Assembly: GCA_964057225.1 (NCBI GenBank)
Contig: OZ059895.1
Span: 2,232,001-2,296,000, forward strand
Reading direction: 5' to 3'
From: Auanema rhodensis
Taxonomy: Eukaryota; Animalia; Nematoda
Length of the DNA: 64,000 bases
Positions 51,301 through 64,000 of the stretch are shown piece by piece. Numbering within the stretch: the stretch's first letter is position 1; each line of letters opens with the position of its first letter. The translations under genes were made by a program, and so were the position numbers. The notes below the pieces were generated by a model. The model searched no databases, was not told the DNA's origin, and was given only the letters and a program-made list of their open reading frames with translations.

Positions 51301-54300
51301 AAATTTTTGTCAAAATGTTTTTGGAAGCAATGTTGAGTGTACATGGAAACTCAACATACACTAATGCATCATTTTTCAAACGATCATAACTAATTTTTGT
51401 ATCAAGCGTTTCTCGATGTAGTATAGTGCATTCGATGCGGATTTTTAAGCTGCGTCGATCTGTGTTATCAGATTTGCGCTAGCTTAAAAATGCACCGAGA
51501 TATCAACTGATATAAGTTCACACTTATATCCTCGATTTTCACCCTGAAGAATTGATTTTTTCGTTGAATAACATTGTCTATCGTCTTTGCCTTGAAAAAT
51601 GGAATCTAAAAACATCTACTTTTTGCTAAATTATTTTGAAATTTTTCGAAAAAATTTTTGTCAAAATGTTTTTGGAAGCAATGTTGAGTGTACATGGAAA
51701 CTCAACATACACTAATGCATCATTTTTCAAACGATCATAACTAATTTTTGTATTAAGCGTTTCTCAATGTAGTATAGTGCATTCGAATCGGATTTTTAAG
51801 CTGCGTCGATTTGTGTTATCAGATTTGCGCTAGCTTAAAAATGCACCGAGATATCAACTGATATAAGTTCACACTTATATCCTCGATTTTCACCCTGAAG
51901 AATTGATTTTTTCGTTGAATAACATTGTCTATCGTCTTTGCCTTGAAAAATGGAATCTAAAAACATCTACTTTTTGCTAAATTATTTTGAAATTTTTCGA
52001 AAAAATTTTTGTCAAAATGTTTTTGGAAGCAATGTTGAGTGTACATGGAAACTCAACATACACTAATGCATCATTTTTCAAACGATCATAACTAATTTTT
52101 GTATCAAGCGTTTCTCGATGTAGTATAGTGCATTCGATGCGGATTTTTAAGCTGCGTCGATCTGTGTTATCAGATTTGCGCTAGCTTAAAAATGCACCGA
52201 GATATCAACTGATATAAGTTCACACTTATATCCTCGATTTTCACCCTGAAGAATTAATTTTTTCGTTGAATAACATTGTCTATCGTCTTTGCCTTGAAAA
52301 ATGGAATCTAAAAACATCTACTTTTTGCTAAATTATTTTGAAATTTTTCGAAAAAATTTTCGTCAAAATGTTTTTGGAAGCAATATTGAGTGTACATGGA
52401 AACTCAACATACACTAATGCATCATTTTTCAAACAATCATAACTAATTTGTGTATTAAGCGTTTCGCAATGTAGTATAGTGCATTCGATGCGGATTTTTA
52501 AGCTGCGTCGATCTGTGTTATCAGATTTGCGCTAGCTTAAAAATGCACCGAGATATCAACTGATATAAGTTCACACTTATATCCTCGATTTTCACCCTGA
52601 AGAATTGATTTTTTCGTTGAATAACATTGTCTATCGTCTTTGCCTTGAAAAATGGAATCTAAAAACATCTACTTTTTGCTAAATTATTTTGAAATTTTTC
52701 GAAAAAATTTTTGTCAAAATGTTTTTGGAAGCAATGTTGAGTGTACATGGAAACTCAACATACACTAATGCATCATTTTTCAAACGATCATAACTAATTT
52801 TTGTATTAAGCGTTTCTCAATGTAGTATAGTGCATTCGAATCGGATTTTTAAGCTGCGTCGATTTGTGTTATCAGATTTGCGCTAGCTTAAAAATGCACC
52901 GAGATATCAACTGATATAAGTTCACACTTATATCCTCGATTTTCACCCTGAAGAATTGATTTTTTCGTTGAATAACATTGTCTATCGTCTTTGCCTTAAA
53001 AAATGGAATCTAAAAACATCTACTTTTTGCTAAATTATTTTGAAATTTTTCGAAAAAATTTTTGTCAAAATGTTTTTGGAAGCAATGTTGAGTGTACATG
53101 GAAACTCAACATACACTAATGCATCATTTTTCAAACGATCATAACTAATTTTTGTATCAAGCGTTTCTCGATGTAGTATAGTGCATTCGATGCGGATTTT
53201 TAAGCTGCGTCGATCTGTGTTATCAGATTTGCGCTAGCTTAAAAATGCACCGAGATATCAACTGATATAAGTTCACACTTATATCCTCGATTTTCACCCT
53301 GAAGAATTGATTTTTTCGTTGAATAACATTGTCTATCGTCTTTGCCTTGAAAAATGGAATCTAAAAACATCTACTTTTTGCTAAATTATTTTGAAATTTT
53401 TCGAAAAAATTTTTGTCAAAATGTTTTTGGAAGCAATGTTGAGTGTACATGGAAACTCAACATACACTAATGCATCATTTTTCAAACGATCATAACTAAT
53501 TTTTGTATTAAGCGTTTCTCAATGTAGTATAGTGCATTCGAATCGGATTTTTAAGCTGCGTCGATTTGTGTTATCAGATTTGCGCTAGCTTAAAAATGCA
53601 CCGAGATATCAACTGATATAAGTTCACACTTATATCCTCGATTTTCACCCTGAAGAATTGATTTTTTCGTTGAATAACATTGTCTATCGTCTTTGCCTTA
53701 AAAAATGGAATCTAAAAACATCTACTTTTTGCTAAATTATTTTGAAATTTTTCGAAAAAATTTTTGTCAAAATGTTTTTGGAAGCAATGTTGAGTGTACA
53801 TGGAAACTCAACATACACTAATGCATCATTTTTCAAACGATCATAACTAATTTTTGTATCAAGCGTTTCTCGATGTAGTATAGTGCATTCGATGCGGATT
53901 TTTAAGCTGCGTCGATCTGTGTTATCAGATTTGCGCTAGCTTAAAAATGCACCGAGATATCAACTGATATAAGTTCACACTTATATCCTCGATTTTCACC
54001 CTGAAGAATTGATTTTTTCGTTGAATAACATTGTCTATCGTCTTTGCCTTGAAAAATGGAATCTAAAAACATCTACTTTTTGCTAAATTATTTTGAAATT
54101 TTTCGAAAAAATTTTTGTCAAAATGTTTTTGGAAGCAATGTTGAGTGTACATGGAAACTCAACATACACTAATGCATCATTTTTCAAACGATCATAACTA
54201 ATTTTTGTATTAAGCGTTTCTCAATGTAGTATAGTGCATTCGATGCGGATTTTTAAGCTGCGTCGATCTGTGTTATCAGATTTGCGCTAGCTTAAAAATG

Positions 54301-57300
54301 CACCGAGATATCAACTGATATAAGTTCACACTTATATCCTCGATTTTCACCCTGAAGAATTGATTTTTTCGTTGAATAACATTGTCTATCGTCTTTGCCT
54401 TGAAAAATGGAATCTAAAAACATCTACTTTTTGCTAAATTATTTTGAAATTTTTCGAAAAAATTTTTGTCAAAATGTTTTTGGAAGCAATGTTGAGTGTA
54501 CATGGAAACTCAACATACACTAATGCATCATTTTTCAAACGATCATAACTAATTTTTGTATTAAGCGTTTCTCAATGTAGTATAGTGCATTCGAATCGGA
54601 TTTTTAAGCTGCGTCGATTTGTGTTATCAGATTTGCGCTAGCTTAAAAATGCACCGAGATATCAACTGATATAAGTTCACACTTATATCCTCGATTTTCA
54701 CCCTGAAGAATTGATTTTTTCGTTGAATAACATTGTCTATCGTCTTTGCCTTGAAAAATGGAATCTAAAAACATCTACTTTTTGCTAAATTATTTTGAAA
54801 TTTTTCGAAAAAATTTTTGTCAAAATGTTTTTGGAAGCAATGTTGAGTGTACATGGAAACTCAACATACACTAATGCATCATTTTTCAAACGATCATAAC
54901 TAATTTTTGTATCAAGCGTTTCTCAATGTAGTATAGTGCATTCGATGCGGTTTTTTAAGCTGCGTCGATCTGTGTTATCAGATTTGCGCTAGCTTAAAAA
55001 TGCACCGAGATATCAACTGATATAAGTTCACACTTATATCCTCGATTTTCACCCTGAAGAATTGATTTTTTCGTTGAATAACATTGTCTATCGTCTTTGC
55101 CTAGAAAAATGGAATCTAAAAACATCTACTTTTTGCTAAATTATTTTGAAATTTTTCGAAAAAATTTTTGTCAAAATGTTTTTGGAAGCAATGTTGAGTG
55201 TACATGGAAACTCAACATACACTAATGCATCATTTTTCAAACGATCATAACTAATTTTTGTATTAAGCGTTTCTCGATGTAGTATAGTGCATTCGATGCG
55301 GATTTTTAAGCTGCGTCGATCTGTGTTATCAGATTTGCGCTAGCTTAAAAATGCACCGAGATATCAACTGATATAAGTTCACACTTATATCCTCGATTTT
55401 CACCCTGAAGAATTGATTTTTTCGTTGAATAACATTGTCTATCGTCTTTGCCTTGAAAAATGGAATCTAAAAACATCTACTTTTTGCTAAATTATTTTGA
55501 AATTTTTCGAAAAAATTTTTGTCAAAATGTTTTTGGAAGCAATGTTGAGTGTACATGGAAACTCAACATACACTAATGCATCATTTTTCAAACGATCATA
55601 ACTAATTTTTGTATTAAGCGTTTCTCAATGTAGTATAGTGCATTCGAATCGGATTTTTAAGCTGCGTCGATTTGTGTTATCAGATTTGCGCTAGCTTAAA
55701 AATGCACCGAGATATCAACTGATATAAGTTCACACTTATATCCTCGATTTTCACCCTGAAGAATTGATTTTTTCGTTGAATAACATTGTCTATCGTCTTT
55801 GCCTTGAAAAATGGAATCTAAAAACATCTACTTTTTGCTAAATTATTTTGAAATTTTTCGAAAAAATTTTTGTCAAAATGTTTTTGGAAGCAATGTTGAG
55901 TGTACATGGAAACTCAACATACACTAATGCATCATTTTTCAAACGATCATAACTAATTTTTGTATCAAGCGTTTCTCGATGTAGTATAGTGCATTCGATG
56001 CGGATTTTTAAGCTGCGTCGATCTGTGTTATCAGATTTGCGCTAGCTTAAAAATGCACCGAGATATCAACTGATATAAGTTCACACTTATATCCTCGATT
56101 TTCACCCTGAAGAATTGATTTTTTCGTTGAATAACATTGTCTATCGTCTTTGCCTTGAAAAATGGAATCTAAAAACATCTACTTTTCGCTAAATTATTTT
56201 GAAATTTTTCGAAAAAATTTTTGTCAAAATGTTTTTGGAAGCAATGTTGAGTGTACATGGAAACTCAACATACACTAATGCATCATTTTTCAAACGATCA
56301 TAACTAATTTTTGTATTAAGCGTTTCTCAATGTAGTATAGTGCATTCGAATCGGATTTTTAAGCTGCGTCGATTTGTGTTATCAGATTTGCGCTAGCTTA
56401 AAAATGCACCGAGATATCAACTGATATAAGTTCACACTTATATCCTCGATTTTCACCCTGAAGAATTGATTTTTTCGTTGAATAACATTGTCTATCGTCT
56501 TTGCTTCGAAAAATGGAATCTAAAAACATCTACTTTTTGCTAAATTATTTTGAAATTTTTCGAAAAAATTTTTGTCAAAATGTTTTTGGAAGCAATGTTG
56601 AGTGTACATGGAAACTCAACATACACTAATGCATCATTTTTCAAACGATCATAACTAATTTTTGTATCAAGCGTTTCTCGATGTAGTATAGTGCATTCGA
56701 TGCGGATTTTTAAGCTGCGTCGATCTGTGTTATCAGATTTGCGCTAGCTTAAAAATGCACCGAGATATCAACTGATATAAGTTCACACTTATATCCTCGA
56801 TTTTCACCCTGAAGAATTAATTTTTTCGTTGAATAACATTGTCTATCGTCTTTGCCTTGAAAAATGGAATCTAAAAACATCTACTTTTTGCTAAATTATT
56901 TTGAAATTTTTCGAAAAAATTTTCGTCAAAATGTTTTTGGAAGCAATATTGAGTGTACATGGAAACTCAACATACACTAATGCATCATTTTTCAAACAAT
57001 CATAACTAATTTGTGTATTAAGCGTTTCGCAATGTAGTATAGTGCATTCGATGCGGATTTTTAAGCTGCGTCGATCTGTGTTATCAGATTTGCGCTAGCT
57101 TAAAAATGCACCGAGATATCAACTGATATAAGTTCACACTTATATCCTCGATTTTCACCCTGAAGAATTGATTTTATCGTTGAATAACATTGTCTATCGT
57201 CTTTGCCTTGAAAAATGGAATCTAAAAACATCTACTTTTTGCTAAATTATTTTGAAATTTTTCGAAAAAATTTTTGTCAAAATGTTTTTGGAAGCAATGT

Positions 57301-60300
57301 TGAGTGTACATGGAAACTCAACATACACTAATGCATCATTTTTCAAACGATCATAACTAATTTTTGTATTAAGCGTTTCTCAATGTAGTATAGTGCATTC
57401 GAATCGGATTTTTAAGCTGCGTCGATTTGTGTTATCAGATTTGCGCTAGCTTAAAAATGCACCGAGATATCAACTGATATAAGTTCACACTTATATCCTC
57501 GATTTTCACCCTGAAGAATTGATTTTTTCGTTGAATAACATTGTCTATCGTCTTTGCCTTGAAAAATGGAATCTAAAAACATCTACTTTTTGCTAAATTA
57601 TTTTGAAATTTTTCGAAAAAATTTTTGTCAAAATGTTTTTGGAAGCAATGTTGAGTGTACATGGAAACTCAACATACACTAATGCATCATTTTTCAAACG
57701 ATCATAACTAATTTTTGTATCAAGCGTTTCTCGATGTAGTATAGTGCATTCGATGCGGATTTTTAAGCTGCGTCGATCTGTGTTATCAGATTTGCGCTAG
57801 CTTAAAAATGCACCGAGATATCAACTGATATAAGTTCACACTTATATCCTCGATTTTCACCCTGAAGAATTGATTTTTTCGTTGAATAACATTGTCTATC
57901 GTCTTTGCCTTGAAAAATGGAATCTAAAAACATCTACTTTTTGCTAAATTATTTTGAAATTTTTCGAAAAAATTTTTGTCAAAATGTTTTTGGAAGCAAT
58001 GTTGAGTGTACATGGAAACTCAACATACACTAATGCATCATTTTTCAAACGATCATAACTAATTTTTGTATCAAGCGTTTCTCGATGTAGTATAGTGCAT
58101 TCGATGCGGATTTTTAAGCTGCGTCGATCTGTGTTATCAGATTTGCGCTAGCTTAAAAATGCACCGAGATATCAACTGATATAAGTTCACACTTATATCC
58201 TCGATTTTCACCCTGAAGAATTAATTTTTTTGTTGAATAACATTGTATATCGTCTTTGCCTTGAAAAATGGAATCTAAAAACATCTACTTTTTGCTAAAT
58301 TATTTTGAAATTTTTCGAAAAAATTTTTGTCAAAATGTTTTTGGAAGCAATATTGAGTGTACATGGAAACTCAACATACACTAATGCATCATTTTTCAAA
58401 CAATCATAACTAATTTGTGTATTAAGCGTTTCTCAATGTAGTATAGTGCATTCGATGCGGATTTTTAAGCTGCGTCGATCTGTGTTATCAGATTTGCGCT
58501 AGCTTAAAAATGCACCGAGATATCAACTGATATAAGTTCACACTTATATCCTCGATTTTCACCCTGAAGAATTGATTTTTTCGTTGAATAACATTGTCTA
58601 TCGTCTTTGCCTTGAAAAATGGAATCTAAAAACATCTACTTTTTGCTAAATTATTTTGAAATTTTTCGAAAAAATTTTTGTCAAAATGTTTTTGGAAGCA
58701 ATGTTGAGTGTACATGGAAACTCAACATACACTAATGCATCATTTTTCAAACGATCATAACTAATTTTTGTATCAAGCGTTTCTCAATGTAGTATAGTGC
58801 ATTCGATGCGGTTTTTTAAGCTGCGTCGATCTGTGTTATCAGATTTGCGCTAGCTTAAAAATGCACCGAGATATCAACTGATATAAGTTCACACTTATAT
58901 CCTCGATTTTCACCCTGAAGAATTGATTTTTTCGTTGAATAACATTGTCTATCGTCTTTGCCTAGAAAAATGGAATCTAAAAACATCTACTTTTTGCTAA
59001 ATTATCTTGAAATTTTTCGAAAAAATTTTTGTCAAAATGTTTTTGGAAGCAATGTTGAGTGTACATGGAAACTCAACATACACTAATGCATCATTTTTCA
59101 AACGATCATAACTAATTTTTGTATTAAGCGTTTCTCAATGTAGTATAGTGCATTCGAATCGGATTTTTAAGCTGCGTCGATTTGTGTTATCAGATTTGCG
59201 CTAGCTTAAAAATGCACCGAGATATCAACTGATATAAGTTCACACTTATATCCTCGATTTTCACCCTGAAGAATTAATTTTTTCGTTGAATAACATTGTC
59301 CATCGTCTTTGCCTGGAAAAATGGAATCTAAAAACATCTACTTTTTGCTAAATTATTTTGAAATTTTTCGAAAAAATTTTTGTCAAAATGTTTTTGGAAG
59401 CAATGTTGAGTGTACATGGAAACTCAACATACACTAATGCATCATTTTTCAAACGATCATAACTAATTTTTGTATCAAGCGTTTCTCGATGTAGTATAGT
59501 GCATTCGATGCGGATTTTTAAGCTGAGTCGATCTGTGTTATCAGATTTGCGCTAGCTTAAAAATGCACCGAGATATCAACTGATATAAGTTCACACTTAT
59601 ATCCTCGATTTTCACCCTGAAGAATTAATTTTTTCGTTGAATAACATTGTCTATCGTCTTTGCCTTGAAAAATGGAATCTAAAAACATCTACTTTTTGCT
59701 AAATTATTTTGAAATTTTTCGAAAAAATTTTCGTCAAAATGTTTTTGGAAGCAATATTGAGTGTACATGGAAACTCAACATACAGTAATGCATCATTTTT
59801 CAAACAATCATAACTAATTTGTGTATTAAGCGTTTCGCAATGTAGTATAGTGCATTCGATGCGGATTTTTAAGCTGCGTCGATCTGTGTTATCAGATTTG
59901 CGCTAGCTTAAAAATGCACCGAGATATCAACTGATATAAGTTCACACTTATATCCTCGATTTTCACCCTGAAGAATTGATTTTATCGTTGAATAACATTG
60001 TCTATCGTCTTTGCCTTGAAAAATGGAATCTAAAAACATCTACTTTTTGCTAAATTATTTTGAAATTTTTCGAAAAAATTTTTGTCAAAATGTTTTTGGA
60101 AGCAATGTTGAGTGTACATGGAAACTCAACATACACTAATGCATCATTTTTCAAACGATCATAACTAATTTTTGTATTAAGCGTTTCTCAATGTAGTATA
60201 GTGCATTCGAATCGGATTTTTAAGCTGCGTCGATTTGTGTTATCAGATTTGCGCTAGCTTAAAAATGCACCGAGATATCAACTGATATAAGTTCACACTT

Positions 60301-63300
60301 ATATCCTCGATTTTCACCCTGAAGAATTGATTTTTTCGTTGAATAACATTGTCTATCGTCTTTGCCTGGAAAAATGGAATCTAAAAACATCTACTTTTTG
60401 CTAAATTATTTTGAAATTTTTCGAAAAAATTTTTGTCAAAATGTTTTTGGAAGCAATGTTGAGTGTACATGGAAACTCAACATACACTAATGCATCATTT
60501 TTCAAACGATCATAACTAATTTTTGTATTAAGCGTTTCTCAATGTAGTATAGTGCATTCGAATCGGATTTTTAAGCTGCGTCGATTTGTGTTATCAGATT
60601 TGCGCTAGCTTAAAAATGCACCGAGATATCAACTGATATAAGTTCACACTTATATCCTCGATTTTCACCCTGAAGAATTAATTTTTTCGTTGAATAACAT
60701 TGTCCATCGTCTTTGCCTGGAAAAATGGAATTTAAAAACATCTACTTTTTGCTAAATTATTTTGAAATTTTTCGAAAAAATTTTTGTCAAAATGTTTTTG
60801 GAAGCAATGTTGAGTGTACATGGAAACTCAACATACACTAATGCATCATTTTTCAAACGATCATAACTAATTTTTGTATCAAGCGTTTCTCGATGTAGTA
60901 TAGTGCATTCGATGCGGATTTTTAAGCTGCGTCGATCTGTGTTATCAGATTTGCGCTAGCTTAAAAATGCACCGAGATATCAACTGATATAAGTTCACAC
61001 TTATATCCTCGATTTTCACCCTGAAGAATTGATTTTATCGTTGAATAACATTGTCTATCGTCTTTGCCTGGAAAAATGGAATTTAAAAACATCTACTTTT
61101 TGCTAAATTATTTTGAAATTTTTCGAAAAAATTTTTGTCAAAATGTTTTTGGAAGCAATGTTGAGTGTACATGGAAACTCAACATACACTAATGCATCAT
61201 TTTTCAAACGATCATAACTAATTTTTGTATTAAGCGTTTCTCAATGAAGTATAGTGCATTCGAATCGGATTTTTAAGCTGCGTCGATCTGTGTTATCAGA
61301 TTTGCGCTAGCTTAAAAATGCACCGAGATATCAACTGATATAAGTTCACACTTATATCCTCGATTTTCACCCTGAAGAATTGATTTTATCGTTGAATAAC
61401 ATTGTCTATCGTCTTTGCCTTGAAAAATGGAATCTAAAAACATCTACTTTTTGCTAAATTATTTTGAAATTTTTCGAAAAAATTTTTGTCAAAATGTTTT
61501 TGGAAGCAATGTTGAGTGTACATGGAAACTCAACATACACTAATGCATCATTTTTCAAACGATCATAACTAATTTTTGTATTAAGCGTTTCTCAATGTAG
61601 TATAGTGCATTCGAATCGGATTTTTAAGCTGCGTCGATTTGTGTTATCAGATTTGCGCTAGCTTAAAAATGCACCGAGATATCAACTGATATAAGTTCAC
61701 ACTTATATCCTCGATTTTCACCCTGAAGAATTAATTTTTTCGTTGAATAACATTGTCCATCGTCTTTGCCTGGAAAAATGGAATTTAAAAACATCTACTT
61801 TTTGCTAAATTATTTTGAAATTTTTCGAAAAAATTTTTGTCAAAATGTTTTTGGAAGCAATGTTGAGTGTACATGGAAACTCAACATACACTAATGCATC
61901 ATTTTTCAAACGATCATAACTAATTTTTGTATCAAGCGTTTCTCGATGTAGTATAGTGCATTCGATGCGGATTTTTAAGCTGCGTCGATCTGTGTTATCA
62001 GATTTGCGCTAGCTTAAAAATGCACCGAGATATCAACTGATATAAGTTCACACTTATATCCTCGATTTTCACCCTGAAGAATTAATTTTTTCGTTGAATA
62101 ACATTGTCTATCGTCTTTGCCTTGAAAAATGGAATCTAAAAACATCTACTTTTTGCTAAATTATTTTGAAATTTTTCGAAAAAATTTTCGTCAAAATGTT
62201 TTTGGAAGCAATATTGAGTGTACATGGAAACTCAACATACACTAATGCATCATTTTTCAAACAATCATAACTAATTTGTGTATTAAGCGTTTCGCAATGT
62301 AGTATAGTGCATTCGATGCGGATTTTTAAGCTGCGTCGATCTGTGTTATCAGATTTGCGCTAGCTTAAAAATGCACCGAGATATCAACTGATATAAGTTC
62401 ACACTTATATCCTCGATTTTCACCCTGAAGAATTGATTTTATCGTTGAATAACATTGTCTATCGTCTTTGCCTTGAAAAATGGAATCTAAAAACATCTAC
62501 TTTTTGCTAAATTATTTTGAAATTTTTCGAAAAAATTTTTGTCAAAATGTTTTTGGAAGCAATGTTGAGTGTACATGGAAACTCAACATACACTAATGCA
62601 TCATTTTTCAAACGATCATAACTAATTTTTGTATTAAGCGTTTCTCAATGTAGTATAGTGCATTCGAATCGGATTTTTAAGCTGCGTCGATTTGTGTTAT
62701 CAGATTTGCGCTAGCTTAAAAATGCACCGAGATATCAACTGATATAAGTTCACACTTATATCCTCGATTTTCACCCTGAAGAATTGATTTTTTCGTTGAA
62801 TAACATTGTCTATCGTCTTTGCCTTGAAAAATGGAATCTAAAAACATCTACTTTTTGCTAAATTATTTTGAAATTTTTCGAAAAAATTTTTGTCAAAATG
62901 TTTTTGGAAGCAATATTGAGTGTACATGGAAACTCAACATACACTAATGCATCATTTTTCAAACAATCATAACTAATTTGTGTATTAAGCGTTTCTCAAT
63001 GTAGTATAGTGCATTCGATGCGGATTTTTAAGCTGCGTCGATCTGTGTTATCAGATTTGCGCTAGCTTAAAAATGCACCGAGATATCAACTGATATAAGT
63101 TCACACTTATATCCTCGATTTTCACCCTGAAGAATTGATTTTTTCGTTGAATAACATTGTCTATCGTCTTTGCCTTGAAAAATGGAATCTAAAAACATCT
63201 ACTTTTTGCTAAATTATTTTGAAATTTTTCGAAAAAATTTTTGTCAAAATGTTTTTGGAAGCAATGTTGAGTGTACATGGAAACTCAACATACACTAATG

Positions 63301-64000
63301 CATCATTTTTCAAACGATCATAACTAATTTTTGTATAAAGCGTTTCTCGATGTAGTATAGTGCATTCGATGCGGATTTTTAAGCTGCGTCGATCTGTGTT
63401 ATCAGATTTGCGCTAGCTTAAAAATGCACCGAGATATCAACTGATATAAGTTCACACTTATATCCTCGATTTTCACCCTGAAGAATTAATTTTTTCGTTG
63501 AATAACATTGTCTATCGTCTTTGCCTTGAAAAATGGAATCTAAAAACATCTACTTTTTGCTAAATTATTTTGAAATTTTTCGAAAAAATTTTTGTCAAAA
63601 TGTTTTTGGAAGCAATATTGAGTGTACATGGAAACTCAACATACACTAATGCATCATTTTTCAAACAATCATAACTAATTTGTGTATTAAGCGTTTCTCA
63701 ATGTAGTATAGTGCATTCGATGCGGATTTTTAAGCTGCGTCGATCTGTGTTATCAGATTTGCGCTAGCTTAAAAATGCACCGAGATATCAACTGATATAA
63801 GTTCACACTTATATCCTCGATTTTCACCCTGAAGAATTGATTTTTTCGTTGAATAACATTGTCTATCGTCTTTGCCTTGAAAAATGGAATCTAAAAACAT
63901 CTACTTTTTGCTAAATTATTTTGAAATTTTTCGAAAAAATTTTTGTCAAAATGTTTTTGGAAGCAATGTTGAGTGTACATGGAAACTCAACATACACTAA

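Larger units (their letters stand above)
1..64000. repeat. Tandem satellite DNA array, 351-bp monomer, about 182.3 head-to-tail copies, running off both window ends
   Basis: GAATCTAAAAACATC starts at 6 and 357. The same register recurs at unit starts 3511, 7021, 14041 and 21061 (1+351n), then at 24570, 24921, 63180 and 63882 (351n). All copies are in one orientation and differ only by scattered substitutions plus one net 1-bp deletion. Confidence 0.99.

Noticed and set aside
1-64000. CRISPR array or array of RNA genes (5S rRNA, tRNA, spliced leader)
   Set aside because: There are no unique spacers and no cas genes; the entire unit repeats. I recognise no 5S, tRNA cloverleaf or SL motif, though an Infernal/Rfam scan would be the formal test.

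Overview
The whole 64 kb window is one uninterrupted head-to-tail tandem array of a 351-bp AT-rich satellite monomer (about 32% GC by hand count of monomer 1), with 182 full copies plus a 119-bp partial copy. I saw no inversion, insertion or foreign sequence, and no credible gene. Monomers differ by a few substitutions each. The register is exact except for a single net 1-bp loss at about 24227-24235: units start at 1+351n before it and at 351n after it. Two kinds of structure are visible. (1) Each monomer carries four dyad-symmetry elements, including a near-continuous 51-nt hairpin with perfect 11-bp arms. (2) Shared variants record nested duplications at offsets of 2 to 26 monomers and one 54-monomer (about 19 kb) long-range copy. 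This looks like eukaryotic (peri)centromeric or heterochromatic satellite DNA, but I cannot name the family or species. I found no support for a novel protein-coding system; the two listed ORFs arise from a single stop-removing SNP that was duplicated.
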